32,000 nucleotides of DNA from an uncultured Clostridium sp. (GTDB taxonomy: Bacteria; Bacillota; Clostridia; Oscillospirales; Acutalibacteraceae): the NCBI GenBank assembly GCA_964587915.1, contig CAZPMK010000011.1, positions 7,310 through 39,309 on the forward strand. The letters run 5' to 3'. Positions 25,879-32,000 of this stretch are shown piece after piece. The notes under the pieces are model-generated. The model saw only the letters and a program-made list of their open reading frames with translations, was not told the DNA's origin and made no database searches. The position numbers and the translations under genes were made by a program. Every line of letters starts with the position of its first letter. Position 1 is the first letter of the stretch.

Positions 25879-26910
25879 GTGTTTTACGAAAAACCCGTAT
25901 TTTTTGAAAAGAACCGAGTGTTCAGAGTATATACCGGAGGAAAGCTGTTTGCCGATTTCTTCGGCGACGCCTCAACCGACGGCAATTATCCCGAAGAATG
26001 GGTTGCTTCGAGCGTTCATGCTCTCAACGAGGGAAGCACCGACCCGTATGAGGGAATATCAAAAATCGAGGGCGAGGAGCTGTATTTGAGCGATGCCCTT
26101 GTAAAATACCGTGTCGAGATTCTCGGTGCCGGAGAGGATATCGGCATACTCACAAAAATTCTCGACAGTGCTATACGCCTGCCTGTTCAGGCACACCCCG
26201 ATAAAGAATTTTCCGCAAAATATTTCTCATCCAAATACGGCAAGGAGGAAAGCTGGATAATCCTTGCTACCCGTCCCGATGCAAAGATATTCTACGGCTT
26301 CAAGGACGGTGTGACTCTCGAGGAATTTGAGCGTGCCATTGATGCGAGCGAAAACGGCGGCAACGAAATGGAAAACCTGCTTAAAACGATAGATGTCAAG
26401 GCGGGTGATGTCATATACATTCCCGCAAAACTCGTTCACGCCATCGGCAGGGGTTGCTTGCTTCTCGAGGTTCAGGAGCCTACCGACTTTACCATACAGC
26501 CCGAGCGTTGGTGCGGAGAATATAAATTATCCGATAACGAAATGTATCTCGGACTCAGCCGCAAAAATGCTCTTGAATGCTTTGACATGAAAAAAAGCTA
26601 CCCCGCTCCGCTTAAACCGAAAACGGTTTTGGACGAAAACGGCGTGCTTTACGAATCAATTATCGACAGCGATATTACCGACAGCTTTTCGGTCGGCATG
26701 ATAACCTTGACGGGCGGAAAATTTACTCTCGGCAGGGGAGCGGCAATATATGTTGCTCTTGACGGTGCGGGAACGATAAACGGCGAAAATTATGATAGAA
26801 AAATCAAAAAAGGCGATTACTTCATGATGCCCGCTGCTGCGGCAGGCGGCTTCACGGTAAGCGGAAATATAAAACTTGCAGAGTGCTTTGCAGTAGAGCA
26901 GAAAGGATGA
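25879..26910 (+). CDS. Class I phosphomannose-isomerase-like cupin isomerase
   Basis: GTG start 8 nt after GGAGG. PEEWVAS, the zinc-ligand context VQAHPDKE, ESWIIL, and LVHAIGRGCLLLEVQEPTD together form the type I PMI pattern. 343 aa. Confidence 0.75.
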   Translation: MFYEKPVFFEKNRVFRVYTGGKLFADFFGDASTDGNYPEEWVASSVHALNEGSTDPYEGISKIEGEELYLSDALVKYRVEILGAGEDIGILTKILDSAIRLPVQAHPDKEFSAKYFSSKYGKEESWIILATRPDAKIFYGFKDGVTLEEFERAIDASENGGNEMENLLKTIDVKAGDVIYIPAKLVHAIGRGCLLLEVQEPTDFTIQPERWCGEYKLSDNEMYLGLSRKNALECFDMKKSYPAPLKPKTVLDENGVLYESIIDSDITDSFSVGMITLTGGKFTLGRGAAIYVALDGAGTINGENYDRKIKKGDYFMMPAAAAGGFTVSGNIKLAECFAVEQKG

Positions 26911-26914
26911 TACC

Positions 26915-27544
26915 ATGAAAACAATCAAAATTATTTCACTTGTTTTTGCATTGCTGATAGCTTTTTCGGCTTGCGGAACGGACACGGCGGAAAACACGAC
27001 GGAAATTGATGTCCCTGATACCACCGTTGTTTCATCGTCAAACAGAACAAAGGTAAAATTCACCATGGAAAACGGCGGCAGCTTTGTTATGGAGCTTTAT
27101 CCCGAGTACGCTCCCGATACCTGCGATAATTTTACAAAGCTCGTTTCTTCCGGCTTTTATGACGGCTTGACCTTCCACAGAGTCGTTGACGGCTTTATGG
27201 CACAGGGCGGCGATGCAACTGGAACGGAAAAAGAAAACGATGCACAGCCGATACCCGGTGAATTTGCTTCAAACGGATTTTCTGCCAATACTCTTTCACA
27301 TGAGAGAGGCGTTGTATCCATGGCAAGAACAAGCGACCCCAACTCAGCATCGTCTCAGTTCTTCATTTGCTACGATGACTCCTGCAAGGCTCTTGACGGA
27401 AGCTATGCCGCTTTCGCAAAGGTTATCGAGGGCATGGAGACGGTTGATGATTTCTGCAATGTTGAGCGTGTTTATAATTCCATGGGAGAGCTTGCAACTC
27501 CGAAAGAGCCGTTGCGTATAGCAAAGGCGGAGGTGGTTTTCTGA
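26915..27544 (+). CDS. Cyclophilin-type peptidyl-prolyl cis-trans isomerase, lipoprotein
   Basis: Signal peptide with lipobox AFSA-C, then FHRVVDGFMAQGGD and SMARTSDPNSASSQFFI, which are cyclophilin signatures. Confidence 0.88.
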   Translation: MKTIKIISLVFALLIAFSACGTDTAENTTEIDVPDTTVVSSSNRTKVKFTMENGGSFVMELYPEYAPDTCDNFTKLVSSGFYDGLTFHRVVDGFMAQGGDATGTEKENDAQPIPGEFASNGFSANTLSHERGVVSMARTSDPNSASSQFFICYDDSCKALDGSYAAFAKVIEGMETVDDFCNVERVYNSMGELATPKEPLRIAKAEVVF

Positions 27545-27933
27545 TGAACATTGTCACCTTCAGAGGCTTTCGTGCAACGGATATAGAATTTGCCAATCAT
27601 CACGAAAACGGTACACGCATTGAATTTGAAAACACATATTCATACAATGTTAAGTACGGCACGGATAATAATTGCGTGGGTGAATTTACCGTAGAGGTCA
27701 AGGATAAATCCGCACCCGAAAAATTCCGCATAAAAGCGGTGCTCCTCGGTTCATTCTCCTATGACCCGACTGTTAAAAAAGAGAAAATTCATATTGAGAG
27801 CTTTAAAGAGCTTTTTCCGTATGTGAGAGCAATGGTATCATCTCTCACCGTCAATGCGGGACTGCCGCCCGTAATATTGCCGGCACTCGATATCGAATCT
27901 CAAAGTATATATAAATTCGGCAAAAATTGCTGA
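27544..27933 (+). CDS. SecB-fold (protein-export chaperone SecB-like) protein
   Basis: 129 aa. Its ATG overlaps the cyclophilin TGA (TGATG), and GGAGGTG lies 9 nt upstream. FRATDIEF..., FRIKAVLLGSFSY and ELFPYVRAMVSSLTVNAGLPPVILPALD are collinear with E. coli SecB ([29 protein letters not shown]). Confidence 0.6.
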   Translation: MNIVTFRGFRATDIEFANHHENGTRIEFENTYSYNVKYGTDNNCVGEFTVEVKDKSAPEKFRIKAVLLGSFSYDPTVKKEKIHIESFKELFPYVRAMVSSLTVNAGLPPVILPALDIESQSIYKFGKNC

Positions 27934-27947
27934 GAAGGAGAAGCAAA

Positions 27948-29381
27948 ATGGATATAATGGATATTGCCTCAAAGGGCATCGTGGCTATCACAAGAAATTA
28001 CGGCAAAAAGGTTGCAAAAAAACAGGGCGAAGCTCCCGCAATTGAAAAGGTTGCTCCGTCAGTCATTTCCGGAAGCTGCTACCGTGTGGGCTTTTCAAGA
28101 GAGGAAATAATGCCGAACCTTGACGGCAGAACCTATTGGATAGCGGGTCACGGCTCGGGTCACAAGATGGAGGGTGTTCTCTCACCGGTGTATATCAGTG
28201 CCGTTTGGATTGACTGCGGCGGCGATGAGGGTATGCTCTGGCTGAGTGCCGATATAGTCGGCATGACGAGAATCGAGGTCAACAAGATTCGCTCCATGAT
28301 AATGGCATCCGATAAAATCAAGGGCTGTAAATGTATCAACATAAGCAGTACGCACAGCCATTCCGGCATAGATACTCTCGGCTATTGGGGCAAGCCCAAT
28401 CTTGTCAGCATTCCCTCCGACGGCAAGGACCCCGAATATATGGAAATGCTGATGAATAACGCCGTTAAGGTTGCAGAGGAAGCATACGCTTCAAGAAAGA
28501 GCGGAAAGCTCTATTCGGGCAGAATCTCGATTAAAGGCGGTCTTCTCGGAAAGAGAGACTTTGTTGATAAGCATGAGGTGCTGACCCGTCTGCGTTTTGC
28601 TCCCGAGGACGGCTCTGCCGAAACATGGTTAATCAACATAGGTGCTCATCCCAATTCGCTCGGCGGCGGAAACCGTATGCTCAGCGGCGAATTTCCGTAC
28701 TATATGCGTGAACAGATACTTGCCGACAACGGAGCAAATGTGCTCTTCTGCATCGGCGCAATAGGCGGCATGGATGCCGTAACTCTCGACGAAGAGGACA
28801 GAGTAAATTGCATCAAGCTCCAAGGCAAGCTCTTTGCACAGGCGGCGGAAAGCATTACAAATGACCGTGAGCTTAGCCCGCAGATAAAATATCTTCAGCA
28901 GCCGTTTTATCTTCCCGTCAGCAACTATGTTTTGACTCTGCTTGCGATTCGTCATGTAATGAGTTTTAAGGCGTATGCCTGCAAGGATAGCGATACAGGC
29001 GTTCAGATGATGACGGAAATGACCTATATGACCTTCGGAGACCAAAAACTCCTGCTTTTGCCGGGCGAAAACTTTGTTGATACCGTATACGGAAATTACC
29101 ATTCCGCAGAGGATTCCGCAACAGGCAAGGGTCCCGAAATAAATCCCGTGCCGCTTGCCGAAATTGCAGGTGACAGCGAGCTTATATCGTTCGGCGTAAC
29201 CAACGATATGACGGGCTATGTCGTTCCTCCCAATGATTTTATCCTCAATCCGACACAGCCGTATCTTAACGGATATAAGGACAGATTCGGAAAGAATCAC
29301 TATCACGAAACAAATTCAATGGGCTTTGGAGCACAAAAGGCAATTGCCGATGCATTTGCCGATGTCGTTTCAAGATTCTGA
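27948..29381 (+). CDS. Neutral/alkaline ceramidase N-terminal-domain-like hydrolase (cytosolic)
   Basis: I prefer the ATG at 27948 (AAGGAG 8 nt upstream) over the TTG at 27927. LSPVYISAVWIDCGG...LWLSADIVG...INISSTHSHSGIDTLGYWG resembles the ceramidase-family block ending in THTHSGPGG. No signal peptide. Confidence 0.55.
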   Translation: MDIMDIASKGIVAITRNYGKKVAKKQGEAPAIEKVAPSVISGSCYRVGFSREEIMPNLDGRTYWIAGHGSGHKMEGVLSPVYISAVWIDCGGDEGMLWLSADIVGMTRIEVNKIRSMIMASDKIKGCKCINISSTHSHSGIDTLGYWGKPNLVSIPSDGKDPEYMEMLMNNAVKVAEEAYASRKSGKLYSGRISIKGGLLGKRDFVDKHEVLTRLRFAPEDGSAETWLINIGAHPNSLGGGNRMLSGEFPYYMREQILADNGANVLFCIGAIGGMDAVTLDEEDRVNCIKLQGKLFAQAAESITNDRELSPQIKYLQQPFYLPVSNYVLTLLAIRHVMSFKAYACKDSDTGVQMMTEMTYMTFGDQKLLLLPGENFVDTVYGNYHSAEDSATGKGPEINPVPLAEIAGDSELISFGVTNDMTGYVVPPNDFILNPTQPYLNGYKDRFGKNHYHETNSMGFGAQKAIADAFADVVSRF

Positions 29382-29392
29382 GCATAAAAATT

Positions 29393-29425
29393 CTCCCCGC
29401 CGTCGAAAAGAGGCGGGGAGCTTTT
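29393..29425. terminator. Bidirectional rho-independent terminator between convergent genes
   Basis: CTCCCCGCC-(10 nt loop)-GGCGGGGAG followed by CTTTTG on the + strand. On the - strand the same stem is followed by AATTTTT. Confidence 0.8.
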
Positions 29426-29432
29426 GCATATA

Positions 29433-31388
29433 TCAGTCTTTAATGCAAACCATTGCGTGGATATCAACCTTGGGAACGGTGAAGCGTGTGAAGCCGTCCG
29501 AATATTCAAACGGAATGCTCTCTCCCTGCGGCTCAAGTGTGACGGCAGAGGGAGCTTTTTCGCTCTTGACCGCACAGGCAACGTTATAAAGCGGAACGGT
29601 ATCCTCGATAACCTCGGTGCTCTTGCCTCTTACGGTGGTGTGAGCAAAGAGAAGATGAAGAATACTGCGGTTTTCATTGGCTTGACGGGTCAAAGTAACA
29701 ATTCCGCGGTCGGGAAGTGAAACCTTTACGCTTGCTTCATTGCCGAGCAGCTTTTCAACAAGATGTGCAAAAATCTCTTTGAATATCAAATGACCCTCGG
29801 TTGCGTAAGCTCTGAAAATATCCCAGCCGATATAAGCGACATTTCCTTTTACCGCAACGGCAGGAAGCTGAATCTCGGGATTATTGGGAGCGTGCTGATG
29901 TGAGCAGTAGTGCTCAAGAGTCCTGTTGAAATACGGATTCTGAACTCCGCCGACAACCTCGCAGTCAACAGCATCAAACAGATATGAATGTGCTTTCATA
30001 ACATATTGAGTAGTGCCGTCAACCGTATCAAATTCGGGTATGAAATATGTAGGCTCAAATTCATTTGCACCCTTGTATTTTGCACCGATATCAAGGAAGA
30101 ATTCTCCGTTCTTAACAAGTGCTTCACCGCTTGCAATAACCTTACCGCCGTTTGCGACAAAGGCTTTGATTTTGTCAACAACCGCATCGGGAATGTTAGC
30201 CATATCGGGGAGAACAAGCAGCTTATAGGGCGTGAGGTCGGCATTGGCATCTACGAAATTGTAAAGGCGGTGCGTTTCAAGGAGCATTCTGTTTGCTCCG
30301 ACATCGCTTGACTCTCCCTTTTCGCGGGAAACGATGGCCTCCGCACTCAAAACGGCGATATCGGCTTTGTTTATCGCATCGTTCAGCCACGGCTCTTTCT
30401 GCTCAATGAGAGAATAAGCCTTGCCGATAAGATTGTAGGTTGACATATTCATCTCGCCGAGCGGGTGCATTTGGTCGCCGACTGAGCAGCCGCCGCCGTT
30501 TGCAACGCTCAAAGATGTTTCATAAATGAGGGCGTTGGGATGCTTAAAGCCGCCGAATTCACCCCATGCATTGTGGAATTTACCGGTCATGCCGATAAAA
30601 TCATAATCCTTGAGTGTGCGGACATAAGCGGCAGAAAGCGGGAAATGGTCGTAGCCCCAGCCACCGGTGGGCAGACTTTCAAGCTCGAGATGAGTGTTGC
30701 AGTCGATAAGGTCGTAGCCGCCCTTGGGGATGTGCCCCGCATTGTGAAAAATTGTTGCGGTGTCGCTGTACTTTCTTACTGCTGCATTCGTTGCGGCGGT
30801 GTATTTGTTAAAGGTAATCATCGAGAATTTTTCTCTGTCCTCGGCACTGTTTACGTCAAGTCCGAGAGCCTTCATATCGGCAAGACACTTGTCGCAGTAG
30901 CAAACTCTCGGTGAAACAATATCAAGGAAGATGCCGCAGGGGTTGTATTTCTGCATAACTTCTTCAATTTGAGCACAAAGAAAATCAAGATAGCTTGTGT
31001 TGAAGCACAGATAATGGAAATGTACGAGCTGAAGCTCCTTTTCGTGCTCTGCGGGATCGGGTGACCAGTGGTGATGCCATTCGGGATGACGGGGAACCTC
31101 TTTTTCGTCAAGACCTGCGGAAATATACACGGGAGCACGCACGCCGATTTCCTTGCAGGCTTCAAGCTGTGCACCGAGCAAATCAAAATCAAGACCGGGG
31201 TGCATTTCATTTACCTCGGTGGGATGATAAGAATATCCGTGATGGCATTTTGAAAAAACGGTTATCGAATCAACATGACCTGCCTTTAATGCAGACTGAA
31301 ATTGCTCCTTGCTGAAATCCTTGCCGACAGGCAGAGTACCGTTCGTATGAAAGTCAAGATGTATCTGTCTTTTTCTGAGCTTATACAA
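29433..31388 (-). CDS. Putative glycoside hydrolase of the GHL6 type with a GH42-trimerisation-like middle domain
   Basis: 651 aa with a TTG start 6 nt after AGGGAGGG. The N-terminus RQIHLDFHTNGTLPVGKDFSKEQF...VDSITVFSKCHHGYSYHPT is the pattern I associate with 'hypothetical glycosyl hydrolase 6' TIM barrels. The central VLPDMANIPDAVVDKIKAFVANGGKVIASGEA resembles the GATase-like domain of GH42 enzymes. The family call is from memory only. Confidence 0.55.
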   Translation of the reverse strand: MYKLRKRQIHLDFHTNGTLPVGKDFSKEQFQSALKAGHVDSITVFSKCHHGYSYHPTEVNEMHPGLDFDLLGAQLEACKEIGVRAPVYISAGLDEKEVPRHPEWHHHWSPDPAEHEKELQLVHFHYLCFNTSYLDFLCAQIEEVMQKYNPCGIFLDIVSPRVCYCDKCLADMKALGLDVNSAEDREKFSMITFNKYTAATNAAVRKYSDTATIFHNAGHIPKGGYDLIDCNTHLELESLPTGGWGYDHFPLSAAYVRTLKDYDFIGMTGKFHNAWGEFGGFKHPNALIYETSLSVANGGGCSVGDQMHPLGEMNMSTYNLIGKAYSLIEQKEPWLNDAINKADIAVLSAEAIVSREKGESSDVGANRMLLETHRLYNFVDANADLTPYKLLVLPDMANIPDAVVDKIKAFVANGGKVIASGEALVKNGEFFLDIGAKYKGANEFEPTYFIPEFDTVDGTTQYVMKAHSYLFDAVDCEVVGGVQNPYFNRTLEHYCSHQHAPNNPEIQLPAVAVKGNVAYIGWDIFRAYATEGHLIFKEIFAHLVEKLLGNEASVKVSLPDRGIVTLTRQANENRSILHLLFAHTTVRGKSTEVIEDTVPLYNVACAVKSEKAPSAVTLEPQGESIPFEYSDGFTRFTVPKVDIHAMVCIKD

Positions 31389-31420
31389 AAAAAGCCCTCC
31401 CTATAAAATAATACAACAGT

Positions 31421-31449
31421 AATATAACATATTTTTTATTGAAGTGCAA
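31421..31449 (-). promoter_or_regulatory. Candidate promoter of the GHL6-like gene
   Basis: On the minus strand: TTGCAC, 17 nt, then extended -10 TGtTATATT. Confidence 0.5.
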
Positions 31450-31456
31450 CAAGTAT

Positions 31457-31485
31457 TTGACTTGTGACGCGGATTGTGCTAAAGT
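31457..31485 (+). promoter_or_regulatory. Candidate promoter of the right-edge gene
   Basis: TTGACT (31457-31462), 17 nt, TGcTAAAGT (31477-31485). Confidence 0.5.
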
Positions 31486-31538
31486 TTTCTGCGAAAGTAA
31501 ATTAAAAAAACCGACACATTTTCGGAAAGCGTGAGTTT

Positions 31539-32000
31539 ATGCTTGATTTTATGAAAGAAAAACAGTCCTCTTGGGAAAAAATCGCCGAAAGCGGCAAAGA
31601 GGTCGTCATATACGGCACGGGAAACGGTGCAGATAAAGTAATCGATGAATTTCACCGTCTCGGAATAAAAATAAAGGGCGTAACCGCAAGTGATGATTTT
31701 GTCAGAGGTCAGAATTTTCGGGGCTTTACCGTTAAAAAGCTCAGCGAATTTGACGGAGATTTTATTATTACTCCCGCCTTTGCAAGCTGTATTCCCGAGG
31801 TTATGGAGCGTATTTATTCCCTTGGAAAGAATTACCGAGTAATCGTGCCCGTCGTTCCCGTATATGGAGAAGAGATATTCACAAGAGATTTTCTTAGCAG
31901 GAATGAAGCTGCTGTTTGCGAAGCATATTCGCTGTTCGAGGAAGAATCAAGGAAAATTTTTGCGGCCTGCGTTGATTTTATGTTCGGCGGGGAGCTGAGT
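31539..32000 (+). CDS. Partial CDS (3' end outside the window); the N-terminal Rossmann-like region is reminiscent of N-termini of some FkbM-type methyltransferases
   Basis: This ORF is not in the supplied track because it has no stop in the window. My own translation runs 154 codons open to the edge: MLDFMKEKQSSWEKIAESGKEVVIYGTGNGADKVIDEFHRLGIKIKGVTASDDFVRGQNFRGFTVKKLSEF... The glycine-rich VIYGTGNGA turn is present. The product assignment is weak. Confidence 0.55.
   Translation, partial: MLDFMKEKQSSWEKIAESGKEVVIYGTGNGADKVIDEFHRLGIKIKGVTASDDFVRGQNFRGFTVKKLSEFDGDFIITPAFASCIPEVMERIYSLGKNYRVIVPVVPVYGEEIFTRDFLSRNEAAVCEAYSLFEEESRKIFAACVDFMFGGELS

Noticed and set aside
28629-29306. 225-aa ORF antisense to the ceramidase-like gene
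   Set aside because: It is a shadow ORF with no SD and no motifs. The sense-strand gene has an SD and family-like blocks.
1-32000. Search for CRISPR arrays, IS elements, integrases, phage genes, tRNA/rRNA genes, and long direct or terminal inverted repeats
   Set aside because: No regularly spaced repeats, transposase- or recombinase-like ORFs, or cloverleaf-capable GC-rich intergenic segments were seen. All intergenic regions longer than 100 nt are accounted for by promoters, leaders and terminators. I could not compute GC or codon-usage statistics, so a compositional island cannot be formally excluded.

Overview
This is a 32-kb chromosomal segment from a Gram-positive anaerobe, probably Clostridia (Oscillospiraceae/Ruminococcaceae-like). 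That assignment is inferred from GGAGGTG-type Shine-Dalgarno sites, lipobox lipoproteins, the rplU-prp-rpmA arrangement and glycyl-radical chemistry. The window is densely coding, with about 31 supported CDSs. I found no rRNA, tRNA, CRISPR array, transposase or integrase. Most genes are housekeeping. On the + strand these are engB(partial)-lysA-M16/M16 peptidase pair-lgt-folD-pspC-like, then an L21-leader/rplU-prp-rpmA operon, and an LbH acetyltransferase-like gene with glmM. On the - strand they are putP, a DUF4430 lipoprotein-aconitase-isocitrate dehydrogenase unit, an aminotransferase, and a GHL6-type glycosidase-like gene. Two tightly packed accessory units stand out. (1) Positions 21471-29425 (+) hold seven genes between one sigma-A-like promoter and one bidirectional terminator. 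They encode a minimal radical-SAM activase, a divergent 774-aa glycyl-radical enzyme (thiyl loop GCQEP, glycyl loop RIHGT), a sedoheptulokinase-like FGGY kinase, a PMI-type cupin isomerase, a lipoprotein cyclophilin, a SecB-fold protein and a cytosolic neutral-ceramidase-like hydrolase. This is my best candidate for an undescribed radical sugar or sugar-phosphate pathway. (2) Positions 16731-21455 (-) hold a birA-headed five-gene operon encoding a Ser/Thr-rich lipoprotein, a 703-aa propeller-plus-helical-toroid-like protein, a GDPD-family esterase and a small polytopic membrane protein. Three of its junctions are identical TGAGGTG stop/SD fusions. All functional calls come from reading motifs by eye; no database search was possible.
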